64,000 nucleotides of DNA from Planctomycetota bacterium (GTDB lineage Bacteria; Planctomycetota; UBA1135; UBA2386): assembly GCA_016872675.1 (NCBI GenBank), contig VGZG01000010.1, positions 272-64,271 on the forward strand, given 5' to 3'. The notes beneath the pieces are model-generated. The model was not told the DNA's origin. It was given only the letters and a program-made list of their open reading frames with translations, and ran no database searches. The position numbers and the translations under genes were made by a program. This document shows, piece after piece, positions 55,886 through 64,000 of this stretch. Positions within the stretch are counted from its first letter, which is position 1, and every line of letters begins with the position of its first letter.

Positions 55886-55941
55886 GGTCTATCGAACGGG
55901 GAAGCGAGTCTTTGGAATGTGGGGGACGACCGGCGGACCGG

Positions 55942-56475
55942 TCAGACGGCCGCCTGCGCGAGCTTCTGGGCGAGCTGCCCGAGCTGGCTCTGCAGGGAAC
56001 CGTCGTAGAGCACGTTGCCGATGCGCAGCCGCACGCCGCCGAGCACGTCGGCGCGAGTGACCACGGTCAGCTTGACCTTCTTGCCGCTGAGCCGGCCCGC
56101 GAGGGCCTCCAGCGAACCGACCTCGTCGGCGCCGAGCGGGTGGGCCGATTCGACGACGCCCTCGACTTCGCCGCGCGCGGCCATCAGCAGCGCGCGGTAG
56201 GCCGGATGCACGTCGAACAGCACCTCGAGCCGGTGCCGCTGCTGCAGCACGCCGAGCAGATTGGCGACCAGGGTGTGGTGGCCACGCGCGACCTTCTCGA
56301 GCACGGCGGCACGCTCGGCGGTCGTGATGTCGGGGCTCGTCAGCAGGGCGCGCGCAGCGGGCGACGAGATCACCTGCTGCAGCGCCTGCAGGTCGGCCAG
56401 CACGGCGTCGGCTGCGCCCGCGGCCACCGCCGCGCTGTGCAGCGCCTGCGCGTAGCGTTTGGCCTGCAGCGTCAT
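55942..56475 (-). CDS. atpH: F1 ATP synthase delta (OSCP) subunit
   Basis: 177 aa. The N-terminus is RYAQAL.. and the C-terminal part reads DVLGGVRLRIGNVLYDGSLQSQL. ATG 56475 overlaps the atpF stop (ATGA). It lies between atpF and atpA. Confidence 0.8.
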   Translation of the reverse strand: MTLQAKRYAQALHSAAVAAGAADAVLADLQALQQVISSPAARALLTSPDITTAERAAVLEKVARGHHTLVANLLGVLQQRHRLEVLFDVHPAYRALLMAARGEVEGVVESAHPLGADEVGSLEALAGRLSGKKVKLTVVTRADVLGGVRLRIGNVLYDGSLQSQLGQLAQKLAQAAV

Positions 56476-57074
56476 CGGCCACCCCGCTCCGCGGCAGCGC
56501 CAGACTGGGCGGCCGCGACGAACTGCTGCACCAGCGGCCGGTTCTTGCCGGCGTCGATCTCCTGCTGCAGCAGGCGCCCGGTCGCGGCGATCGTCAGCTC
56601 GACGGCCACGGCGCGAATCTCCTGCAGGGCTTGCCGCTTCTCGGCGGCGATTGTGTCGCGCGCCTTCTGCAACTCGGCTTTGGCGCGTTCGTCCGCCGCC
56701 CGCACCGCATCCGCAGCCTGGCGCTCGGCGCGCGCCATCGCCTCCTCGACCAGCCGCTTGCCCGAGGCCTGCGCCTTCTCGAGTTCGGCCTTGGCGCCCG
56801 CCATCTGCGCCTGGGCCTCCTTGCGCGCCGCTTCGGCCGCCAGGATCGAGTCCTCGACTTTCTGGTCGCGGTCCTCGAGCGCCGTGGTGATGGGCCCGTA
56901 GACGAACTTCCACATCACGAACAGGCCGAGTCCGAACGCGAGGAACGTCCAGATCATCGCACCGGGAGCGAACTCCAGCAGCGTGCTCAGGGCGCGTGGG
57001 TCCTGGCTTGGCCCGGACGTCACGGTTGCAAGATGGGTCGACAGGGTGCTGGCGAGTGGCACGCGAGCCTCCAA
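56472..57074 (-). CDS. atpF: F0 ATP synthase b subunit
   Basis: A single TM (MIWTFLAFGLGLFVMWKFVYGPI) is followed by a long Ala/Glu/Lys/Arg-rich helix. The start is uncertain; the track start is TTG 57074. Confidence 0.8.
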   Translation of the reverse strand: MEARVPLASTLSTHLATVTSGPSQDPRALSTLLEFAPGAMIWTFLAFGLGLFVMWKFVYGPITTALEDRDQKVEDSILAAEAARKEAQAQMAGAKAELEKAQASGKRLVEEAMARAERQAADAVRAADERAKAELQKARDTIAAEKRQALQEIRAVAVELTIAATGRLLQQEIDAGKNRPLVQQFVAAAQSGAAAERGGR

Positions 57075-57141
57075 ACGGGAATCAGGAATGGCGGACCCGG
57101 CAGCGGACTGCCGGGTGGAGACGACAGGGGACCGGTGGGGA

Positions 57142-57408
57142 CTACTTGGTGGCGAGCATCAGGCCGATGACCGCCGCGAACAGGGCGACACCTTCGACGA
57201 ACGCCGCGAAGATCAGGGCATTGCCCTTGATCGCGTCGGCGGCTTCGGGCTGGCGGGCGATGCCCTCGCCGGCCGAACCGCCGATGCGGCCGATGCCGAT
57301 GCCGGCGCCGACGCCGGCAAGCCCCGCGGCGAGGCCGGCACCGATGCCGAAGCCGGGATTGCTGGCGACGAGTTTGACGATTTCAGGATCCTGGAAGAAA
57401 GCGAGCAT
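57142..57408 (-). CDS. atpE: F0 ATP synthase c subunit (proteolipid)
   Basis: Gly-rich helix 1 (GAGIGIGRIGGSAGEG), loop ARQPE, and the carboxylate in AFVEGVALF. The E is followed by G, not S/T, consistent with proton coupling. A GGAGA RBS precedes the start. Confidence 0.9.
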   Translation of the reverse strand: MLAFFQDPEIVKLVASNPGFGIGAGLAAGLAGVGAGIGIGRIGGSAGEGIARQPEAADAIKGNALIFAAFVEGVALFAAVIGLMLATK

Positions 57409-57473
57409 TAGGTTCTCCGTGACTTACGAAGGGAGTGGACGAGGGGGGGAAAGGGGAACGTGCAGCGAAGGGA

Positions 57474-58478
57474 CTAGTGGTCCTGGTGCATCGACTGGTA
57501 GATGAAGTTGATGCTCAGGAAGGTGAAGATGTAGGCCTGGAGCAACGTGACAAAGGCCTCGATGATGTAGATGAAGATCGCCATGCCGAGGCACGGCAGC
57601 GCGGTCAGGTAGGACGTGATCGCGCCGCCCTGCATCTTCGCGAACAGGAACACGAGGCCGATCGCCGCAGCGATGACGAGGTGGCCCGAGAGCATGTTTG
57701 CGAACAAGCGAATCGTGAGGGCGAAGGGTTTGACCAGCAGGCTCACGAACTCGATGACGAACATCAGCGGCACGATCACCACCGGCACGCCGTGCGGCAC
57801 GAGGCCCTTCCAGAAGCCGAAGACCCCGTTCCGCTTCATGCCGAGCACCAGCATCAGCAGCAGCGTGACGATGGCGAACGCAGCCGTCACATACGGAGTG
57901 CCGGTCGCGGTGTAGATCGCGAGCGGGAAGTGATGGCCGAGACTCGGAACCAGCCCGACCACGTTCTGGAACATGATGAAGAAGAACGTGAACAGGAACA
58001 GCGGCACGAAGGCCCGTCCCTCTTCCTTGCCCATCACCGCGTAGACCATCTCGTCGCGGATCCAGTGGCAGAAGCCGCGCATCACGCGAGTGAACCAGCC
58101 GGCGCGGCCGCTGCGGAAGCTGCCGAGCACGGGCAGGAACACCGCAGCCATCAGACCAAGGCAGATCCACTGCCACGGCTGCACGTTGTAGACCGTGAAC
58201 AGCGAAACCTTCTCCTCGTGGCCGTCCTTCTCGAGGCCGTTTCCGTCGAAGCGCGGCCCGATGCCGGGCTCGAAGATCGCGTAGGGCACGCTGTGCGAGA
58301 ACTGCTGGTTGAAGATGTCCGCGTTCGACATCTGCAGCGTGCCGGGCGCCTTCGCGTGCCCCGGATCCTGCGCGGCGTGCCCAACCACCTCGGCCGGGTG
58401 CTGCGACCGCAACCCGGGCGTAGCGAGGCCTGCCAGCAGGCAGCAGGAGGCAGTGATTAGGAAGCGCGATGAGAGCAT
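57474..58478 (-). CDS. atpB: F0 ATP synthase a subunit with extended N-terminus
   Basis: The conserved LTIRLFANMLSGH (essential Arg) is present along with multiple TM helices. About 100 extra N-terminal residues begin with a signal-like stretch (MLSSRFLITASCCLLAGLATPG). Confidence 0.9.
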   Translation of the reverse strand: MLSSRFLITASCCLLAGLATPGLRSQHPAEVVGHAAQDPGHAKAPGTLQMSNADIFNQQFSHSVPYAIFEPGIGPRFDGNGLEKDGHEEKVSLFTVYNVQPWQWICLGLMAAVFLPVLGSFRSGRAGWFTRVMRGFCHWIRDEMVYAVMGKEEGRAFVPLFLFTFFFIMFQNVVGLVPSLGHHFPLAIYTATGTPYVTAAFAIVTLLLMLVLGMKRNGVFGFWKGLVPHGVPVVIVPLMFVIEFVSLLVKPFALTIRLFANMLSGHLVIAAAIGLVFLFAKMQGGAITSYLTALPCLGMAIFIYIIEAFVTLLQAYIFTFLSINFIYQSMHQDH

Positions 58479-58535
58479 GAGGAATCGATGGGACTGCGGC
58501 CGGGTGCGGCCGTCGAATTGCTCAGGGTGGTGGTC

Positions 58536-59126
58536 CTATTCCGTCGGTTGTGCCCCGCTCGGGGCAGCGTTCTCCGCGCCCGAGGTGCGCGCGCCAGCAG
58601 GCGCTGGCGCCCGGTACGAAGGTCGATGGTTCATCGCCCGTGACAGGTAGGCCGCGGCGGCCAGCTGGCACACCAACGCCACCGCCGCGAACGTGATACA
58701 AAAGGTTGCGAGGGCGGCGAATTTCACGCCTGACCCCCTCAGCAGGAACACGCCGAGCACGAGCACGCCGAGCTTGGCGCCGAACGCGACCGCGAGCAGG
58801 CTCTGCAGCCGGCCGGCCAGGAGCCGGCCATCCTGGGCATACGCTGCCGTGGCACGCGCGTCGAGGAACCGGCCGTGCACGAAGACGGCCAGCATGGCCG
58901 CGAACAACGACGCGCCGATGCCCGCGGCGAAGAACGGCACGCCGTCCTGGGGCACGAGGCCCAGGGCCCACACCGGAGCTGCGCACACCGCCACCACCAG
59001 CACGGCAAAGCCGAATGCGCGGCCGAGCAGCAACACGTCGACCACCGTGCCAACGACGGCAGCGCGCTTCGGCCCGCCGTCGGCGGTCGTGCCAGGGTGC
59101 GCATTCACAGGGGAGGTCGCGGGCAT
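58536..59126 (-). CDS. atpI: AtpI-like four-TM membrane protein upstream of atpB
   Basis: ATG 59126 is chosen within the 242-aa track ORF. It has four hydrophobic helices, and the call is based on its position immediately upstream of atpB. The assignment is positional and compositional only. Confidence 0.45.
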   Translation of the reverse strand: MPATSPVNAHPGTTADGGPKRAAVVGTVVDVLLLGRAFGFAVLVVAVCAAPVWALGLVPQDGVPFFAAGIGASLFAAMLAVFVHGRFLDARATAAYAQDGRLLAGRLQSLLAVAFGAKLGVLVLGVFLLRGSGVKFAALATFCITFAAVALVCQLAAAAYLSRAMNHRPSYRAPAPAGARTSGAENAAPSGAQPTE

Positions 59127-59134
59127 GCTCGGGT

Positions 59135-59392
59135 TCAACTCGGAGGCGGCTTGCCGCCGCTCCTCGGCAACTTCCCAAAGGGCCAGAGTTCCGGCGCCAG
59201 CACGCGGATCAGATGCAGGATGCCGCCGACGATGCCGCAACCGACGCACAGCAAGAGCATCCAAGGTCGGGTGCCCAGCCTAGCATCGAGCCACAGCCCG
59301 CCATAGGCGAACAACCCGACCGTCGCAGCCAACGTGAGCCCGGCACCGAGGGCATTCGAACCGACTTTGGACTGTCTGGGCAGGTTGCTCAT
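59135..59392 (-). CDS. AtpZ-like small two-TM protein (putative F0F1-ATPase-associated subunit)
   Basis: 85 aa from ATG 59392. The text GAGLTLAATVGLFAYGGLWLDARLGTRPWMLLLCVGCGIVGGILHLI fits the AtpZ/'ATPase gene 1' pattern (G..lD..lgT.P). It is the first gene of the atp cluster. Confidence 0.5.
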   Translation of the reverse strand: MSNLPRQSKVGSNALGAGLTLAATVGLFAYGGLWLDARLGTRPWMLLLCVGCGIVGGILHLIRVLAPELWPFGKLPRSGGKPPPS

Positions 59393-59554
59393 CCCCACCG
59401 CGTGAGAACGTGGTCGACGAGGGGCCGGGATGCTAGCCACGGGCCGCGACCAGGCGCAACGTCTCGGCCGACATTTTCTGTAGGAAGTTGGGCCCGTGTT
59501 TCCACTACGTCGCAGCCGTGTCGGATGGTCCGCCATGGCTGCACACGAACCCAA

Positions 59555-60634
59555 ATGCAAGCATCCACCTGCTTCGTGCTGCCGCTCTTGTGCGCAGCCG
59601 CCGCTGCCCAGCAATTCCTCGCCGTCTCGCCGACCGAGCGCGCGACGTACGAGGGCAGTTCGTTCACCCACTTCCCGCTTGGTCGCGCCAACGCGCGCAT
59701 GCAGACGCTGCACCGCGACGTTCCCGGCGGCACGACGCTGCACGGTCATGCCTACCGGCGCGATGCGATCGCGCTGCGCGGTCAGGTCGATGGCTTCCAG
59801 TGCGAACTGGAAGTCCGCGTCTCGATGTCACCGCTGACGCCCACCACCGCGTCGACCTCGTTCGCCAACAACGCCGGCAGCGCGCCCGTCGTCGTGGCGC
59901 CACGCCAAGTCGTCGCCTTTCCGGCGACCCTCCGGCCCGGACTCGACCCGGCGCCCAACTTCGCGCTGCAGATCCCCTACCAGACGCCGTTCGTCGTGCC
60001 CGCCGGCGGCGGCACGGTGTGCATCGACGTCATCTTGTTCGGCAACCAGTCACCAGCCGGCATCGACCAGAACCTGAGCCTCTACCTCGACGCGCACGAG
60101 CACTACAGCGACGGCCGCGCCGAGCAGCCCGGCTACCGGACGCTGGTCGGCTGTCCGGCGCCGGGCAGCGCCGTTGCCAGCACGGCGACGATGAGCTACT
60201 GGCGGCTGGCAACGGGCGCGCGCCTCGACCTGGCGCTGCGCGATGGCATCGCCGACGATGGCTCAGGCGCCACGCGCGCCTTCGTGCTGCTCGGCCAGCA
60301 ACCGCAGGCGGCGACCTGGCCAACGCAGCCGGGCTGCGGCTTCTGGACGAGCGGCGACGTCTGGTTCGCGCTGCCAGGCTCCCTCAATGCCATCGGCAGC
60401 TACGACGGCAGCCTGCAAGGCTTGCCGCAGTTGCCGCCGGGCTACCGGCTCTGGTGCCAGTGCGGCAGCGTGGATCTGCACAACGGCGCCCTCGCCTTCA
60501 CGGACGCATCGACGTTCCTCACGCCGCCGCCGGGGCCGCTGCCGATCCCCACCGCGCGCATCGTCAACAGCACCAACCGATCGTCGCCGGCGGGCACGGT
60601 GTCGTACGCCGTGCCGGTGATGCAGTTCTTCTGA
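59555..60634 (+). CDS. Secreted hypothetical protein carrying a divergent copy of the shared C-terminal module
   Basis: ATG 59555 gives the signal peptide MQASTCFVLPLLCAAAAAQQ. It is beta-rich. The segment GCPAPGS...QPGCGFW...LPQLPPGYRLWCQCGSVD parallels GVGCSG...TGCSLLV...IPNDPLLFGFKLYCQAFALD of the 34758-36290 protein. Confidence 0.6.
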   Translation: MQASTCFVLPLLCAAAAAQQFLAVSPTERATYEGSSFTHFPLGRANARMQTLHRDVPGGTTLHGHAYRRDAIALRGQVDGFQCELEVRVSMSPLTPTTASTSFANNAGSAPVVVAPRQVVAFPATLRPGLDPAPNFALQIPYQTPFVVPAGGGTVCIDVILFGNQSPAGIDQNLSLYLDAHEHYSDGRAEQPGYRTLVGCPAPGSAVASTATMSYWRLATGARLDLALRDGIADDGSGATRAFVLLGQQPQAATWPTQPGCGFWTSGDVWFALPGSLNAIGSYDGSLQGLPQLPPGYRLWCQCGSVDLHNGALAFTDASTFLTPPPGPLPIPTARIVNSTNRSSPAGTVSYAVPVMQFF

Positions 60635-60670
60635 TCGTCTGAGGCGCGGCCCTTCCGGGCGGCCGCGGCG

Positions 60671-60688
60671 CGCCGGCCCGGGCCGGCG
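60671..60688. terminator. 18-nt perfect GC palindrome between convergent genes
   Basis: CGCCGGCCCGGGCCGGCG sits immediately before the stop of the minus-strand prepilin-like gene and 37 nt after the plus-strand gene stop. There is no U-tract. Confidence 0.25.
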
Positions 60689-61336
60689 TCAGTTCTCGAG
60701 CTTCTGGCACTCGGTGATCGGCGAGTTCGAGCCGAAGGTCGCGACCGCCTGCTCCTTGTTGAACTCGCCGAGCGCGAAGCGCTCACGCATCTGCTGGTAG
60801 CTGAGCGTGCGGATGTTGGCATCCGACATCAGCAGGTTGACCGTGCCGTCGCGGTGGATCCAGCCGCCCTCGTTGTCGTCGGCCATCAGCGCCTCGTTGG
60901 CGTTGTTGGCCGTCTTCATGTGTTGACGGGCCCGTCCGGCGTAGTGCGTGTCCTCCGACGTGCAGCTCTTCAGGTCGGACCAGGGGTTCTGGCCGCCGCG
61001 CAGCATCTCGCGCTTCTCGATGAAGGCCGGGTCGTTGTCGCGGGCGCCGGGCACGAAGTACTTGGCGAGGTTCTCTTCGTTCTGCCGCACGACGCCAGAG
61101 GTCCAAGTCGCCAGCACGAATTTGTGGCCGCCCTGCATCGGCAGCGCCCGATCGTGCTTGAGCTTGTACAGCTCGAGCCAGGTGTAGTGCGTGCGCAGTT
61201 GCTGGCGGTCGGCCTCGACGTTGGCGGCGTCCTGCACGCCCAGCACCTCGGGCAGCAGCACGGCAGCAAGGACTCCGATGATGCTGATGACGATCAGCAG
61301 TTCGATCAACGTGAAGCCGGAAGCGGAGCGGCGCAT
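60689..61336 (-). CDS. Prepilin-type N-terminal cleavage/methylation domain protein (pseudopilin-like, orphan)
   Basis: ATG 61336 gives MRRSASGFTLIELLIVISIIGVLAAVLLP, a class III signal with the GFTLIE motif. The C-terminal WIHRDGTVNLLMSDANI resembles the H..G.N.lf.DG motif of T2SS pseudopilins and planctomycete DUF1559-type proteins. Confidence 0.8.
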   Translation of the reverse strand: MRRSASGFTLIELLIVISIIGVLAAVLLPEVLGVQDAANVEADRQQLRTHYTWLELYKLKHDRALPMQGGHKFVLATWTSGVVRQNEENLAKYFVPGARDNDPAFIEKREMLRGGQNPWSDLKSCTSEDTHYAGRARQHMKTANNANEALMADDNEGGWIHRDGTVNLLMSDANIRTLSYQQMRERFALGEFNKEQAVATFGSNSPITECQKLEN

Positions 61337-61483
61337 GCTTGAGGGATGGTTTGGGGCCAGAGGGGCACTACAGTCTAGCGCGCCGCCTCGGCGAGGAAAC
61401 CACCCGATCCCGCCCGAAGGCCGACCGGGAGCGGGGGCAGCGCTCTGCGCCATGCCCCTCCCCGGCCGCAGCAGCCCGGCGTC

Positions 61484-62191
61484 TCAGCCGTCGTTCGTGC
61501 CGCCGGTCGATGTGCCGCCGGTCGATGTGCCGTTGTTCGTCGGGTCGCCGTTCGTGCGGGTCTCGCCGGCGGGCGCGGCGACGTTCGGCAGGTTGTAGGT
61601 GTTCTGGTAGTTCGTCGCGAAGAACGTGTCGCCCGAGTACTCGCCCCACCACTGCCGCCACCGCAACACGGCGACGCGGCGCTCGGTCTCGTTGGCGTTG
61701 AGGTGGTCGTAGCCGAAGTCGTGGCCGGTCGCAGTCTTCAGCGTCTCGTGGCACATGCACCGGACCTGCTTCTCGTCGCTGTCGAGGCCCTCGATCAGCG
61801 TCTGCGACCACTGCAGGTCGCCCATCGCCACCAGCGTGCGCGCGACCTCGAGACGAACGACCTGCTCGCTGTCGTTGATCGCCGTCTGCAGCGCCGGGAT
61901 CGTGCGGCGATCGCGCAGGCGTCCGAGCACCCAGGCGCACGAACTGCGCACCTTCGGGTCATTGTTGGTCAGGCCGGTCAGCATCGCCGGGATCGACTGC
62001 TCGCCCGCCTGCACCAGCCAGACGAGGTTGTTGTACAGCTCGCCGCGGTGCTGGTAGGGCAACTGCGCGACGCGGCGATCGATCTCGACCGCCATGATGG
62101 AATTGGGCTGCTCGAACGTCTCGTTGGTGGCGTTCGTCGTGGAGCAGGCCTGTAGGAGAAGGAACAACGCGGCGCCGGCGACAATCCTCAT
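61484..62191 (-). CDS. HEAT-repeat lipoprotein
   Basis: Lipobox MRIVAGAALFLLLQAC. HEAT units are present (NNDPKVRSSCAWVLGRLRDRRTIPAL, DSEQVVRLEVARTLVAMGD, DSDEKQVRCMCHETL). The tail is Gly/Thr/Ser/Asn-rich. Confidence 0.75.
   Translation of the reverse strand: MRIVAGAALFLLLQACSTTNATNETFEQPNSIMAVEIDRRVAQLPYQHRGELYNNLVWLVQAGEQSIPAMLTGLTNNDPKVRSSCAWVLGRLRDRRTIPALQTAINDSEQVVRLEVARTLVAMGDLQWSQTLIEGLDSDEKQVRCMCHETLKTATGHDFGYDHLNANETERRVAVLRWRQWWGEYSGDTFFATNYQNTYNLPNVAAPAGETRTNGDPTNNGTSTGGTSTGGTNDG
61497..61532 (-). repeat. 15-nt in-frame tandem duplication (about 2.4 copies) at the 3' end of the HEAT lipoprotein gene
   Basis: GTGCCGCCGGTCGAT appears twice, followed by GTGCCG (plus strand). It encodes the TSTGG TSTGG T portion of the C-terminal tail. 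Confidence 0.7.
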
Positions 62192-62355
62192 GACGTCCTC
62201 GTCGGGGTTCGATGGCCTGGAGCAACAGCCCCGGACCGTGCCGTGGTATCGACACTACGGCGAGGTGGCTTGAGGAGCCCGTCGGCGGGCGGTTCGCAGC
62301 GGGCCGTCGCGGCCCGGCAACCCGCGCCGTTGCTGAGCTGGCGGCCGCCGCATCC

Positions 62356-62383
62356 TTGCCAAGGCAGCGTCCCGTCGTACATT
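62356..62383 (+). promoter_or_regulatory. Candidate sigma-70-type promoter for the HU gene
   Basis: TTGCCA (62356-62361), a 16-nt spacer, then TACATT (62378-62383), about 70 nt upstream of the HU ATG. A strong GGGAGGA RBS precedes the ATG. Confidence 0.3.
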
Positions 62384-62453
62384 CGCGCCCGCTCGACCGA
62401 AGGGCGGTTGGGCCCAACCCCATGCATCCGGGTTTTGCCCCGGGAGGATTCCC

Positions 62454-62729
62454 ATGAACAAGGCTGATCTCGTCAGCGAAGTCCAGAAGCAGCTCGGCAC
62501 GGAATGCAGCAAGGCGCACGCCGAACGCGCCGTGAACGCGCTGATTGCCTCGATCCAGAGAGGCCTGAAGAAAGACAAGGAAGTCCAGATCGTCGGCTTC
62601 GGCACCTTCGCCGTGAAGAACCGCAAGGCCCGCACCGGCACCAACCCGCAGAACGGCGAGACCATCCAGATCAAGGCCTCACGCACCGTCGGCTTCCGCG
62701 CCGGCGCCTCGCTGAAGACGACCATCTGA
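62454..62729 (+). CDS. hup: HU-family nucleoid-associated DNA-binding protein
   Basis: MNKADLVSEV.., GFGTFAVKNRKARTGTNPQNGETIQIKASRTVGFRAG, and the typical 90-aa size. Confidence 0.92.
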   Translation: MNKADLVSEVQKQLGTECSKAHAERAVNALIASIQRGLKKDKEVQIVGFGTFAVKNRKARTGTNPQNGETIQIKASRTVGFRAGASLKTTI

Positions 62730-62804
62730 GCGCGATACCTCGCCGCAGGCGCGGCCATGGCGCGCTGGCGCCCGTTTGGAGTGGCGAGCGTGCCGTCGGC
62801 CCGG

Positions 62805-63848
62805 TCAGGCCGAACCTTCGATCCAGGCGCCGCCAAGCACGCGGTCACCGTCGTAGAACACCGCCGCCTGCCCCGGCGTGATGGCGGCGACCGGCGCAGC
62901 GAACTCGATCCGCGCCTGCCCGCCGTGCGCGACGATCGTCGCCGCCGCCGCCGCGTGCCGCGCGCGCACCTTGACCTGCGCCGCCACCGGTTCGCCAGCG
63001 CGCGGCGCGTCGACCAGCCAGTGCACGCCGGCGACGAACATCACGTTGCGGCCGATGGCGTCGCGCGGCGCCAACGTGACGTCGCCCACCGTTGCGTCGA
63101 TGGCGACGACGTAGTGCGGCGCTCCGAGCGCGGGCAGGCCCTTGCGCTGACCGACGGTGAAGCCATCGACGCCATCGTGGCGGCCCACCTCGCGGCCCTG
63201 CAGGTCGACGAGGCGCCCCGCCCGGCCGCCGCCGCCACGCGCGCGCACGACGTCGCGGTAGTCACCGCTGGTGACGAAGCAGATCTCCATCGATTCGGGC
63301 TTCTCCGCCGTCGCCAAACCGTGCGCAGCGGCGAGCGCCCGCACCTCCGGCTTGGTCAGTTCGCCGAGCGGGAACAGCGTCCGCGCCAGCGCCGCACGGT
63401 CGACGCCGAACAGGTAGTACGTCTGGTCCTTGCCAGCGTCGCGAGCGGTGCGCAGCGCGCCATCGACGGCGCGGGCGTAGTGCCCGGTCGCCACCGCCGC
63501 GGCGCCGATGTCGTCGGCGAGGCGAAACAGGCGTCCAAACTTCAACTGCTGGTTGCACAGCACACAGGGGTTCGGCGTGCGCCCGCGGCGGTACTCGGCC
63601 GCGAAGTGGTCCATCAGCGCGGCGAACTCCTGCTGATAGTCCACCGCGTAGAACGCCATGCCCAACCGATCCGCAACCAGCGCCGCGTCGCGCGCGTCAC
63701 TCGCCGAGCAACACGACTTTTCCTGCGCCGACTTGCCGGCGACGCCATTGCGCATGAAGACGCCGACCACTTCGTGGCCCTGCTGCTGCAGCAGCAGCGC
63801 GGCGACGCTGCTGTCGACGCCACCGGACATGGCCGCTAGTACGCGCAT
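62805..63848 (-). CDS. mnmA: tRNA-specific 2-thiouridylase MnmA
   Basis: PP-loop MSGGVDSSVAALLL, CCSASDARDA, NPCVLCNQQLKFG, ATGHYAR, KDQTYYLF. Confidence 0.93.
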   Translation of the reverse strand: MRVLAAMSGGVDSSVAALLLQQQGHEVVGVFMRNGVAGKSAQEKSCCSASDARDAALVADRLGMAFYAVDYQQEFAALMDHFAAEYRRGRTPNPCVLCNQQLKFGRLFRLADDIGAAAVATGHYARAVDGALRTARDAGKDQTYYLFGVDRAALARTLFPLGELTKPEVRALAAAHGLATAEKPESMEICFVTSGDYRDVVRARGGGGRAGRLVDLQGREVGRHDGVDGFTVGQRKGLPALGAPHYVVAIDATVGDVTLAPRDAIGRNVMFVAGVHWLVDAPRAGEPVAAQVKVRARHAAAAATIVAHGGQARIEFAAPVAAITPGQAAVFYDGDRVLGGAWIEGSA

Positions 63849-64000
63849 CGGCTCGATCGGACCTCGGAGGGCGACACAATGCCGGCCTGTAGCTGCAACG
63901 CAACCGCCCCACTCCCTATACTGCTTCGCCCCCCAACCCCGAGCCTACGGTCCCGATGCGCGCCACTTACCACCTCCCGATCGCCTTCTCGTCCCGCCCG

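Noticed and set aside
63849-64000. A TATACT -10-like hexamer (63917-63922) and an ATG at 63956 opening an ORF that runs off the window (MRATYHLPIAFSS..).
   Set aside because: Only about 15 codons are visible and no -35 match is present. This is insufficient evidence to call a gene or promoter.

Overview
Very GC-rich bacterial chromosomal segment, densely coded, with about 55 supportable protein genes. I found no rRNA, tRNA, CRISPR array, integrase, transposase or recognisable defence gene. All family calls come from reading motifs by eye, because no searches could be run. Clear housekeeping content includes a complete F-type ATP synthase operon (atpZ/I-like, then atpB-E-F-H-A-G-D-C), aspS, infC, dxr-rseP, tsaE, thiE, mnmA and HU. 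It also includes a Kgd/OdhA-type fused 2-oxoglutarate dehydrogenase E1, an rmlA-D-B plus two SDR-epimerase sugar-nucleotide operon, an M1 aminopeptidase, a MacB-like ABC pair, a multi-domain FKBP and a glycine-rich RRM protein. Between these lie lineage-specific genes: many secreted HEAT-repeat proteins, an ECF sigma/anti-sigma/HEAT operon, an orphan prepilin-like protein and a membrane-fused spermidine-synthase-like protein. This flavour resembles Planctomycetota/PVC-like or related lineages, which is inference only. The best second-look items are: (1) a roughly 125-aa C-terminal module shared by three otherwise unrelated secreted proteins, including a di-heme peroxidase; (2) a molybdopterin oxidoreductase cluster with no Tat signal, a fused 4Fe-4S/NrfD subunit and a small CCxxxCxxC protein; (3) two adjacent HEAT paralogs with a near-identical C-terminus ending GILDIL; (4) an S26 signal-peptidase-like protein whose catalytic Ser/Lys appear substituted; (5) terminator-like hairpins in the leaders of infC and the RRM gene. 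Many long antisense or out-of-frame ORFs in the track are high-GC artefacts and were rejected. Nothing here convincingly constitutes a defined novel multi-gene system, so the candidates are hypotheses.
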